From a virus: a DNA stretch of 64,000 bases. Shown here in pieces: positions 1 to 8,932 of this stretch (its first letter is position 1; each line of letters starts with the position of its first letter). The position numbers and the translations under genes were made by a program. The notes beneath the pieces are model-generated. The model had not been told where the DNA came from. It searched no databases and saw nothing but the letters and a program-made list of their open reading frames with translations. The stretch spans positions 32,001-96,000 of IMG/VR virus record IMGVR_UViG_3300027741_000024; one strand, written 5' to 3'.

Positions 1-2
1 CA

Positions 3-1241
3 TTTTTACAAGCAAACACGCCAAGTTATACTGCTAACTCTGCGGCATCATACGCAAACTCGGCATTTGCTTCCGCAAACTCGGCTTCAATTTATGCTAA
101 CGGTGCTTTTACTACTGCTAACGTTGCAAACAGTAATGCTATATCAGCAGGTAACTATGCAAATACTGCTTTTGCTGCTGCTAACTCTGCTGCAATTTAT
201 GCTAACGGTGCATTCTTACAAGCCAATGCAGCATTCTTACAAGCAAACACACCAAGTTATACTGCTAACTCCGCTGCAATTTATGCTAACGGCGCCTTTA
301 CTACTGCTAACGTTGCAAATAATAATTCTATATCAGCAGGTAATTACGCAAATGCCGCATTCTTACAAGCAAATGTTTCTGTTGGTGTAGATTTAACACA
401 GAATAATAGTATCATTGCTGCATTCTTACAAGCAAACACACCATCATATGTTGCTAACTCTGCTGCAATTTATGCCAATGGTGCATTCTCTGCCGCTAAC
501 GTTGCGAACAGTAATTCTGTATCAGCAGGCAATTATGCTAACTCTGGTTTTGCAGTTGCTAACTCTGCTTCAATTTATGCAAACGGTGCATTCTTACAAG
601 CAAATACTCCAGATTATGTTGCAAACTCTGCTGCGATATATGCTAACTTAGCATTTTCTGCTGCAAACGTTGCTGATAGTAAAGCAGTAGCGTCAGGCTC
701 TTATGCTAACTCAGCATTTTCTGCTGCAAACGTTGCTGATAGTAAAGCAGTAGCGTCAGGCTCTTATGCTAACTCAGCATTTTCTGCTGCAAACTCTGGA
801 TTTATTCGAGCAAATGCAACGAGTGATGTAGCAAACTCTGCAGCAATCTATGCCAATGGTGCTTTTGCTGCTGCTAATGATATAACAAATGTATTATACA
901 CTTACGATTTAGATGATGTATCTTATTTGACTGATGGTTTTACGAATGTATTTCCTTTGACATACAATACGGCAAACATTTCTGTGCCAAGCCCGTGGAA
1001 TTTGATGGTAACAATTTATGGCATAACTCAAGCAGCATATGCTAATAATTATGATACCGTTTGGCTGAGTTTAGTTCCAACAGCATCTAAAGGATATACC
1101 TTAGATGATAGTGGAAATATTAAATTTGCTGATTCAGTTCCTGCTGGTGCTGACGTAATGATTCGTTTAGTTCCAGGTATACCTAACGCAAATACTAAGA
1201 TATATCCTTTTAAACCCACTGATATTTTCATGGGTTACTAA
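3..1241 (+). CDS. 5'-truncated fibre/structural protein made of Ala/Asn-rich heptad repeats plus a C-terminal globular domain
   Basis: Frame 3 reads open from nt 3 (FLQANTPSYTANSAASYANSAF...) into the 927..1241 ORF; units such as ANSAAIY/ANGAFLQ; the track ORFs 67..390 and 415..651 are off-frame shadows. Confidence 0.8.
   Translation, partial: FLQANTPSYTANSAASYANSAFASANSASIYANGAFTTANVANSNAISAGNYANTAFAAANSAAIYANGAFLQANAAFLQANTPSYTANSAAIYANGAFTTANVANNNSISAGNYANAAFLQANVSVGVDLTQNNSIIAAFLQANTPSYVANSAAIYANGAFSAANVANSNSVSAGNYANSGFAVANSASIYANGAFLQANTPDYVANSAAIYANLAFSAANVADSKAVASGSYANSAFSAANVADSKAVASGSYANSAFSAANSGFIRANATSDVANSAAIYANGAFAAANDITNVLYTYDLDDVSYLTDGFTNVFPLTYNTANISVPSPWNLMVTIYGITQAAYANNYDTVWLSLVPTASKGYTLDDSGNIKFADSVPAGADVMIRLVPGIPNANTKIYPFKPTDIFMGY
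650..794 (+). repeat. Exact 63-bp tandem repeat (about 2.3 copies) encoding three heptads
   Basis: gcattttctgctgcaaac... starts at 651, 714 and 777. Confidence 0.9.
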
Positions 1242-1244
1242 ATA
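1237..1244 (+). promoter_or_regulatory. Putative T4-type late promoter variant ACTAAATA
   Basis: Near-match to TATAAATA upstream of a structural gene; same variant at 10568. Confidence 0.5.
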
Positions 1245-1290
1245 GTAGAGATTTTAAAAATTAACACTTTTTCAATATATTGGAGTTAAA

Positions 1291-4200
1291 ATGGCCAGAA
1301 AAGCAATATTAGACACCTATTATACGTTTACTCCGTCTAGTAGGACTATCGTCTTTAATCAAGCAATTCAACGTGAACGTTTCGTTCTTATTACGAACGT
1401 TACCTCAAATAGAGTTATTTACAATTTCTCAGATCCAAATCTGACATTTACTTCACACTCAATCTCAACAGATCCGACTAGTGGTCTAACGACAACTACG
1501 GTAGTATTGGCTTATAATACAACTACAATGACCAATACGAATAAATTGCAAGTTGTGATTGATGAATATGAAGAGAAGTTTAGTCCATCAGAAACGTATA
1601 CTGACCCAGTAAATAAATTTCGTGTCTCAATGCCGCAAGCATTGATCGATACAGACTTTGAATATGGTACTCAATCAACAAAATGGGAAACTATAGGTCT
1701 GTTGAACAACAAATCATATGCATATGCTAACTTAAATTCTACTACTTCTGGTCCATTGGTTGTAACTGACATTACTGCTGTTGTAAATTCGCCTACTATT
1801 ATTGTGGCTACCACTACACCTCCAGCAGTTAATACTCCGGTTATTATTACTGATACAAACTGGCCACCTGCTGAAGGTACATTTATGGTTGAGTCTGTGG
1901 TTACAGGTACAAGTTTTCGTTACTCTACTAAGCAACGTTATGCCAGTGTAACTAATACTAATCAATCAATTTTTATTCCAAATGCGACTCAAGTTGCCAA
2001 TGGTTCAATTTTTAATCGTGCAAATACACCAATTGCAAACGTCAATACACCAGGTGGTCTTGCAAATTGCTATATAACGACAGTTCAACCACATGGTTTA
2101 ACAATTGGTAATCAAGTTGTTCTTCAAGGGTTAGCAGCGGGTACATCTGGTGCACCTAACGGAACATTCACTATTACTCAAGTTGTTTCAAATACAGTTT
2201 TCCGTATTGATGCTAATAGTGCTCCAGTTGGTGGCGTAACTGCTTCTGGTCTTTCAGCAATGTATCCAATATCACGTGGTACAGTTTCACATCGTGCATA
2301 TGATGGTGGTGTTGAATTTGGCACATCAGCAGATTCACATAATAATCAACTGATTCGCCAAACACGCCGTTATTTCCGTTATCAATCTGGTAAAGGTGTT
2401 CAAGTATCAACAGGCACTTTGTTGAAACCTTCTATGCGTGTTGATAGTTTGACTAGTTCAGGTACTTTAGTTACAGTTAAAACTAAAGACGCTCATTTTA
2501 TTAGTCCAAACGTTGCTATGGTAATTACTGGTGCTAATGAAACTGGTTACAACGGTTCATATTCAGTAAATCAAGTGATTGATCCATTTACGTTTACATA
2601 CGTTTCAAGTACGACTCCCTCAAGTGCAACAGCAACTGGTACATATCGTGTGTCTGCAAATACTTGGTATGGTGCTTTAAATCGTATGGGTTTGTTTGAT
2701 GATCAAAATGGTATGTTCTTTGAATTTGATGGACAAACTTTATCTGCTGTTCGCCGTAATAGTGTTTTTCAATTAGCAGGTTTTGTTTCTGCAAATACTG
2801 GCAATAGTACAATTACTGGTGTAACAGTAAACGGCACCACAACAAACTTCTCAGGTCAATTAAATCCTGGAGATTATGTTGTTATTAAAGGTATGTCATA
2901 TCGTGTGGAAAATATTCGTTCTAATCAGGTTATGGAGGTTCAACCGAACTATCGTGGCGAAGCAAATACTTTACAAGCAGTTATCAGTAAAACAGTTGAG
3001 ACCCGTGTTCCACAATCTCAATGGAATATTGATCGTTGTGATGGTACAGGTCCTTCTGGATTTAATATAGATTTAACCAAAATGCAGATGTTTTATATGG
3101 ACTATTCTTGGTACGGTGCTGGTTTTGTCCGTTGGGGATTCCGTGGACCAGACGGTAACGTTATCTATTGCCACAAGATGATCAATAACAATGTAAACTA
3201 TGAAGCACATATGCGTTCAGGTAACTTACCTGGACGTTATGAGACAAATACATTCTCTAAGAAAACTAAACTGAATGCTACACTAAATCCAGCAGATGTT
3301 ACATTAAACGTTGCAGATGCATCAGCATTCCCAACAACTGGTACGGTTTGGGTGAATGGTCAAGGTCGGTCTGAGTACATTAACTATGATGGTATTACAG
3401 GTAATGCTACAAATGGTTATCTATTAAATGTAGCGCTTCGTGGTCAACCAGGTAATACAATTAACTGTATTATGAACACATCAAATGCAACATTGAATTT
3501 GGTTGCTGGACAAACAACTGTTGGTATTCAACCTGGTATGTACGTAGTGAATGCGAACGTTCCACAGGCTGCTGTAATTACAAACATCAATCCAGGTGTT
3601 TCAATTACACTGTCTCAAGCACCAACATATTCTGGCACAGGTACAGTAAATTTTATTCCTATGGGTAATGTAGCGCAGACATTTACATATTCTGCAACTG
3701 CACCTGTAGCAATTGATTTACATGCGCCTGGTTACGCACCACGTATTTCTCATTGGGGCACTTCGGTGATTATGGATGGTCGTTACGATGATGATAAATC
3801 TTTAGTGTTCACAACAGGTATGACAACTTCTGCGAACGTTGCTGCTGGTCAAACACTTGCATTGCAAAGTTTCCGTATCGCACCATCAGTAAGTAACGGT
3901 ATTTCTGGTGCATCTTTAGGTGTACGTGAAATTAAAAATACTATGCAAATGGTTTTGCGTACATTAGATATGTTATCTTCTGGTACATTCTTAGTACAAA
4001 TTGTTTTGAATGGCGCATCATCAAATGCAACACCTACTTGGACTTCTGTTGGTGGTTCAAGTCTTGTTCAATATATTAACCATACTGTATCGACTGCCGG
4101 TGCGGCTGCCGGTACAAGCGTGGCAGGAGGCGAAGTTATTTTTGCTGGCTTTACTAATGCTTCTGGTGGTACAAACTTCTCAACAACCACGTATGACTTA

Positions 4201-4368
4201 CCTTTGGTTCGTGACCTTGGTAATAGTATTCTTGGTGGTGGTACTTCTGCACCAAATCTGAGTTTCTATCCAGATGGTCCTGATATTGTAACAATTACTG
4301 CTCGTAACATTGGTACAGCGTCAGCGAATATCTTTACACGTTTATCTTGGACAGAAGCACAAGCATAA
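1291..4368 (+). CDS. Large beta-rich virion structural protein (baseplate/fibre-associated)
   Basis: 1025 aa, Thr/Ser/Asn/Gly-rich with repeated beta modules; GGAG RBS; lies upstream of the neck genes. Confidence 0.6.
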   Translation: MARKAILDTYYTFTPSSRTIVFNQAIQRERFVLITNVTSNRVIYNFSDPNLTFTSHSISTDPTSGLTTTTVVLAYNTTTMTNTNKLQVVIDEYEEKFSPSETYTDPVNKFRVSMPQALIDTDFEYGTQSTKWETIGLLNNKSYAYANLNSTTSGPLVVTDITAVVNSPTIIVATTTPPAVNTPVIITDTNWPPAEGTFMVESVVTGTSFRYSTKQRYASVTNTNQSIFIPNATQVANGSIFNRANTPIANVNTPGGLANCYITTVQPHGLTIGNQVVLQGLAAGTSGAPNGTFTITQVVSNTVFRIDANSAPVGGVTASGLSAMYPISRGTVSHRAYDGGVEFGTSADSHNNQLIRQTRRYFRYQSGKGVQVSTGTLLKPSMRVDSLTSSGTLVTVKTKDAHFISPNVAMVITGANETGYNGSYSVNQVIDPFTFTYVSSTTPSSATATGTYRVSANTWYGALNRMGLFDDQNGMFFEFDGQTLSAVRRNSVFQLAGFVSANTGNSTITGVTVNGTTTNFSGQLNPGDYVVIKGMSYRVENIRSNQVMEVQPNYRGEANTLQAVISKTVETRVPQSQWNIDRCDGTGPSGFNIDLTKMQMFYMDYSWYGAGFVRWGFRGPDGNVIYCHKMINNNVNYEAHMRSGNLPGRYETNTFSKKTKLNATLNPADVTLNVADASAFPTTGTVWVNGQGRSEYINYDGITGNATNGYLLNVALRGQPGNTINCIMNTSNATLNLVAGQTTVGIQPGMYVVNANVPQAAVITNINPGVSITLSQAPTYSGTGTVNFIPMGNVAQTFTYSATAPVAIDLHAPGYAPRISHWGTSVIMDGRYDDDKSLVFTTGMTTSANVAAGQTLALQSFRIAPSVSNGISGASLGVREIKNTMQMVLRTLDMLSSGTFLVQIVLNGASSNATPTWTSVGGSSLVQYINHTVSTAGAAAGTSVAGGEVIFAGFTNASGGTNFSTTTYDLPLVRDLGNSILGGGTSAPNLSFYPDGPDIVTITARNIGTASANIFTRLSWTEAQA

Positions 4369-5238
4369 ATGCAAACAGTCGTTACTTTACCGATACTGCA
4401 AACCGTTAGTGATACTACAACTCACTATCTCGGTTTGCAGCCGAACATTAGTGGAACTACAACGGCAGAATTCGTTAATCGGAATCTGTCGTTCGATCCT
4501 TCTTCTAATACATTGACGCTTGGTGTAAATCTTGATTTATTACCTAATGCTATTCAAAGTTCGGCATTAGCAGATCAGGCAGTCACAACATCAAAGATTG
4601 TTGCTGGTGCAATCAAAGGCAATTTAATTCCCATTGGTGCTATCACAGGCAATTTAATTCCAATTGGTGCTATTCGTGGTAATAATATTGTTGCTGCTCA
4701 AATTACAAGCAATCATATTGTTGCTGGTGCAATCACAGGTAACTTAATTCCTGCTGGTGCTGTAACTACAAATCATATTGTTGCTGGTGCCGTCACATCA
4801 AACTTGTTGTCTCCTAATCTTGCATTTTCAATTACTACATTGTTTGAAACTGCAAATGTATTTTCTACAGCAATTGGTGGCACTACAAATATTGATATTT
4901 TAAATAATACAGTATACTTTTTCTCATCAAATACTACTGCAAATGTAACTTTTAATGTTAGAGGAAACTCTTCTACTAGTTTAGACAGTGCCTTAAATAC
5001 TGGAAGTTCTATATCTTTGGCCATATTATTGAAACAAGGTTTAAATAATTATAAAGCAAATCTTAATATTGACGGCACATTAATTAGTCCTTATTGGATA
5101 GGTAACACTTATCCAGTTTATTCGGTTGGTTTTCAAGAGTCTATTGATACATATACTTTTAATATAATAAAAACGGGAAGTAGTTCATACACTGTTTTGG
5201 CAGCAAATTCCAAATTTAGTGCATCATACATGTATTAA
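4369..5238 (+). CDS. Fibre-like structural protein with 10-aa repeats
   Basis: Repeats AITGNLIPIG/AVTTNHIVAG; position before gp13. Confidence 0.55.
   Translation: MQTVVTLPILQTVSDTTTHYLGLQPNISGTTTAEFVNRNLSFDPSSNTLTLGVNLDLLPNAIQSSALADQAVTTSKIVAGAIKGNLIPIGAITGNLIPIGAIRGNNIVAAQITSNHIVAGAITGNLIPAGAVTTNHIVAGAVTSNLLSPNLAFSITTLFETANVFSTAIGGTTNIDILNNTVYFFSSNTTANVTFNVRGNSSTSLDSALNTGSSISLAILLKQGLNNYKANLNIDGTLISPYWIGNTYPVYSVGFQESIDTYTFNIIKTGSSSYTVLAANSKFSASYMY
4549..4818 (+). repeat. Degenerate 30-nt coding tandem repeat (about 8-9 units)
   Basis: gcaatcaaaggcaatttaattcccattggt / gctatcacaggcaatttaattccaattggt and related units. Confidence 0.8.
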
Positions 5239-5240
5239 TT

Positions 5241-6194
5241 ATGGCACACCCAAAAACAAGAACACAATTTAAAGAATACTGCCTACGTAAATTAGGTTTT
5301 CCAGTAATTGAAATCAACGTTGATGATGATCAAGTAGATGATCGAATTGATGAAGCACTTTCTTTCTGGGGTGATTATCATTATGATGGTACTGAAAAAT
5401 TGTTTATGAAACACTGCATCACTGCTGCGGATATTAATAGGCAGTGGATATATTGTCCTGATGCTGTGCAATTTGTTACTGGTGTTATGCCATTTGATTT
5501 ATCTAACGCATCAATCAATATGTTTGATTTGCGCTATCAGTTACGTCTGCATGATCTCTATGATTTCACATCGGTGTCGTATGTATCATATGAAATTACC
5601 ATGCAACATTTACGTACATTGAATTTGTTGTTCTCTGGTACTCCACAGTTTCGGTTTAATAGACACCAAAATAAAGTATTCTTAGACATTGATTGGACAA
5701 GAGATGTTCAACCAGGTAACTATGTTATCATTGAATGCTATCGTACATTAGAACCAGAAACAATTACACTGACAGGTACTTTATCATGTGCTCCAGGTTC
5801 TAATACCGTTACTGGTATAGGTACCAAGTTTGATCAAGAACTTGTTGATTTTGATTTTATTACGATTGGCACTGAACAGAAACAAGTAAAAAAAATTTCA
5901 AGTCCTACCTCTTTAGAATTTGTTGGTAATACAGCACAAACTTATACGAATATAACCGCAACAATTGAAGGTGTTGCCGATGTATGGAACGATAGGTTTT
6001 TAAAAAAATATGCAACTGCATTGATCAAACGTCAGTGGGGTGCTAACCTCAAAAAGTTTGCTGGTATACAAATGCCAGGTGGTGTTACATTAAACGGTCA
6101 AGTAATTTACGATGAAGCAGTACAAGAGATTGACAAAATGGAAGACGAAATGTATCAAATGGGTTCGTTGCCATCAGAAATTCTGACGGGATAA
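5241..6194 (+). CDS. gp13: Neck protein gp13
   Basis: YCLRKLGFPVIEINVDDDQVDDRIDEAL, QWGANLKKF..MPGGVTLNG; synteny. Confidence 0.92.
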   Translation: MAHPKTRTQFKEYCLRKLGFPVIEINVDDDQVDDRIDEALSFWGDYHYDGTEKLFMKHCITAADINRQWIYCPDAVQFVTGVMPFDLSNASINMFDLRYQLRLHDLYDFTSVSYVSYEITMQHLRTLNLLFSGTPQFRFNRHQNKVFLDIDWTRDVQPGNYVIIECYRTLEPETITLTGTLSCAPGSNTVTGIGTKFDQELVDFDFITIGTEQKQVKKISSPTSLEFVGNTAQTYTNITATIEGVADVWNDRFLKKYATALIKRQWGANLKKFAGIQMPGGVTLNGQVIYDEAVQEIDKMEDEMYQMGSLPSEILTG

Positions 6195-6197
6195 AAT

Positions 6198-7088
6198 GTG
6201 GCAACTAATTTTTACTTCAATAATTATCCTGCAAATCAGATAACTTCCGAGCAACTGCTCGTTGAAGATTTAGTTATTGAAGCACTGAAAATCTACGGCA
6301 TGGATGTGTATTACATGCCACGTACCACACGTGATCAAGTAGATTACCTATTCGGTGAAGATACTCTTAAACAATATCTAACTGCTCATCCGATTGAAAT
6401 GTACCTAGAAAATGTTACAGGTATGGATGGTGAGCAAGATTTTATTTCCAAATTTGGTCTTGAGATTCGTGATGAAGCAACATTCTTGGTATCACGCCTT
6501 CGATTCCGATACACAGTAAATGGATATACTCGTCCACGTGAAGGTGATTTGGTATTCATTCCAATGCTAAACAACTTCTTCGAGATTACTTTTGTTGAAC
6601 ATGAAGATCAACAGACTATGTTCTATACATTAGGTCGTGGTCGTGGTGGTAATGTATATGTTTATGCATTGAAGATGAAACAATACGTATTCTCAAATGA
6701 GATTATTGAAACTGGCATCAAGATGATTGATGAACAAATTGTCGATTACTATCCAAAAACAAGACTGTATTTTGCGGCTGGTGGTTCAGGCAATTTTATT
6801 AATCAAGAAATAGTATATCAAGGTGCCAATTTAACATCGGCAACTGCACAAGCACTTGTCCATGCTCATGTTGATAATCAATTTGTAGAAGTATATCGTG
6901 TTCAAGGTAATTTTACAACAAATACTTTATATGGTAATACAAGTGGTGCAAACTGGACTATCAATGTAATTTCTGATGCGGCTACGATGAACAATGCATT
7001 TGAAGATATTTTCGACAACGCTCGTATTGAAGCAAGTTCAGATGGCATAATTGACTTCACTGAACATAACCCATTTGGCGAAGCATAA
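6198..7088 (+). CDS. gp14: Neck protein gp14
   Basis: EQLLVEDLVIEALKIYG, SKFGLEIRD, RPREGDL, C-terminal DFTEHNPFGE. Confidence 0.92.
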   Translation: MATNFYFNNYPANQITSEQLLVEDLVIEALKIYGMDVYYMPRTTRDQVDYLFGEDTLKQYLTAHPIEMYLENVTGMDGEQDFISKFGLEIRDEATFLVSRLRFRYTVNGYTRPREGDLVFIPMLNNFFEITFVEHEDQQTMFYTLGRGRGGNVYVYALKMKQYVFSNEIIETGIKMIDEQIVDYYPKTRLYFAAGGSGNFINQEIVYQGANLTSATAQALVHAHVDNQFVEVYRVQGNFTTNTLYGNTSGANWTINVISDAATMNNAFEDIFDNARIEASSDGIIDFTEHNPFGEA

Positions 7089-8089
7089 TGTTAGGTAATT
7101 CTCAGTTCTATCATCGAACCATTCGTAAAATGGTGGTTGTATTTGGTACACTCTTTAATGATTTAGAGATTGTACGATACACACAAGCGGGAGTACCAAA
7201 AGAAAAATGGAAAGTACCGCTAACATATTCACCAAAAGAACGTTTTCTAACGGCGATTACATCTGATCCTAATCTGATCAAGTCTATTGCTACTGTTGTT
7301 CCACGTATGTCATTTAATCTTGACAGTTTGGAATATGATGTTAATCGCAAACAAGTTTCAACACTTCGTAACTTTGCTAAAAAAGATAACACTTCTGTAA
7401 GCACACAGTTTGTTCCTATACCATATAACTTTCAGTTTTCGTTATCGATCTATGTACGTAATACTGAAGATGGTACACAGATATTAGAACAGATTCTACC
7501 TTTCTTTACACCAGACTTCAATGTCACTGTAGACTTTATTCCAGAAATGGATCAAAAATATAATGTACCTATTATACTTGATTCAGTAGCATCAACTGTG
7601 GAATATGAGGGTGCAGAAAATGAAGGTTCTACACGATTGATTCTTTGGGATTTAACTTTTACTGCTAAAGGTTACATATGGCCACCAGTTAAATCTAGTA
7701 AGTACATCAAGACTGCTAATACAAATTCGTTTATTGATCTGACATCTAAAGAAATACAAAAAGTTTATGTTGATTATGCAAATGGTAGTGGTGTATTTGC
7801 TCAAGGTGAAACACTTCGTGCAAACAACTCAGATTTGTTTGGCTCAGTAGATTATTTTAGTAATACATCTTCAGGTATATTAATAGTAACTGGCGCCAAT
7901 AAATTTATCAAAGTCGGTGATAAACTTACAGGTGATTATACGGGTGCATCATATAATGTGATTGTAACTGACGTTAATTCATTAAATGTTGTACAGATAA
8001 AAACTTCAACTAATCCAGGAACTGCTTTACTTGGAGATGAATTTGGATTCTTTGAAACTACAAAAGAATATCCTAATACTTTACCATGA
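7088..8089 (+). CDS. gp15: Tail sheath stabiliser/terminator gp15
   Basis: FYHRTIRKMVVVFGTLFND, PRMSF, QILEQILPFF. Confidence 0.92.
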   Translation: MLGNSQFYHRTIRKMVVVFGTLFNDLEIVRYTQAGVPKEKWKVPLTYSPKERFLTAITSDPNLIKSIATVVPRMSFNLDSLEYDVNRKQVSTLRNFAKKDNTSVSTQFVPIPYNFQFSLSIYVRNTEDGTQILEQILPFFTPDFNVTVDFIPEMDQKYNVPIILDSVASTVEYEGAENEGSTRLILWDLTFTAKGYIWPPVKSSKYIKTANTNSFIDLTSKEIQKVYVDYANGSGVFAQGETLRANNSDLFGSVDYFSNTSSGILIVTGANKFIKVGDKLTGDYTGASYNVIVTDVNSLNVVQIKTSTNPGTALLGDEFGFFETTKEYPNTLP

Positions 8090-8496
8090 AAAAAATAAAT
8101 GCAAATCTCTCAGAGATTTTTGATGTTGAACCAATTAAAGAAGAACCTAAAGTCGAAACTTTACCTGCTGTGGTAGAGTATGCTGATCCAGTAAATGCTG
8201 ATGCAGACTTTGCACGAAAAAATATTCGTGAACTGGTGACTCAAGGCAATCAAGCAGTAAACGAATTGATGCTCATAGCAAGAGATGGTCAACACCCACG
8301 TGCGTTTGAAGTGCTATCTGGTCTAATGAAAAACTTGGCTGATATGAATAAAGACTTGCTTGAAATACAAAAACGTAAAAAAGATTTAGTACCAAAAGCG
8401 GAAGCACAAAATAATTTAAACATAGATAAAGCAGTGTTTGTTGGTTCTACCGCAGAATTGGTAAAGATGCTTAAAACTCAAAAACAGGAAACATAA
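8086..8496 (+). CDS. gp16: Terminase small subunit gp16
   Basis: HPRAFEV, NIDKAVFVGSTAEL; synteny. Confidence 0.88.
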   Translation: MKKINANLSEIFDVEPIKEEPKVETLPAVVEYADPVNADADFARKNIRELVTQGNQAVNELMLIARDGQHPRAFEVLSGLMKNLADMNKDLLEIQKRKKDLVPKAEAQNNLNIDKAVFVGSTAELVKMLKTQKQET

Positions 8497-8930
8497 TGGA
8501 AAAACTTATTTCTCAACTTAAAACAATTTTAGGTACAAACTTTGCTTTGTATCTCAAATCGCATGGTTATCATTGGAACATTGAGGGTTCCAACTTTCCA
8601 CAATATCATGAATTTTTAAATGATTTTTATAATTCTGTATGGTTACAGACAGATGATATTGCAGAAAAACTTCGTTCATTAAATTCGTATGCACCAGGTT
8701 CACTTGCACGTATGTTAGAATTAGCAGACATTCAAGAAGCAACTAGTATACCTGATGCGATGGCAATGATGCGTGAACTATATGCAGACAATGAACGTTA
8801 TATTGTTCATCTTCGTGCTGGTATTATTGCTGCCGATGCTGCAGGTGAACCTGCTGTTGGTAACTTTTTACAAGACTTGTTAGGCGCACACCAGAAAAAA
8901 GGATGGATGTTGAGAAGCATCATTAAATAA
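8496..8930 (+). CDS. dps: Dps/ferritin-like DNA-protection protein
   Basis: H.YHWNIEG..F...HEFL, DDIAEKLR ferroxidase-site residues, C-terminal W-M-L-R. Confidence 0.88.
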   Translation: MEKLISQLKTILGTNFALYLKSHGYHWNIEGSNFPQYHEFLNDFYNSVWLQTDDIAEKLRSLNSYAPGSLARMLELADIQEATSIPDAMAMMRELYADNERYIVHLRAGIIAADAAGEPAVGNFLQDLLGAHQKKGWMLRSIIK

Positions 8931-8932
8931 AA

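Noticed and set aside
67-651. Leu-rich ORFs 67..390 and 415..651
   Set aside because: Off-frame shadows of the heptad-repeat gene in frame 3
1-900. Periodic repeats resembling a CRISPR array
   Set aside because: Degenerate, codon-phased 21/63-nt units within an open frame; no unique spacers or cas genes
1291-5238. Many N-x-S/T sequons in structural proteins as evidence of N-glycosylation
   Set aside because: The proteins are very rich in N, S and T, so the count is near compositional expectation
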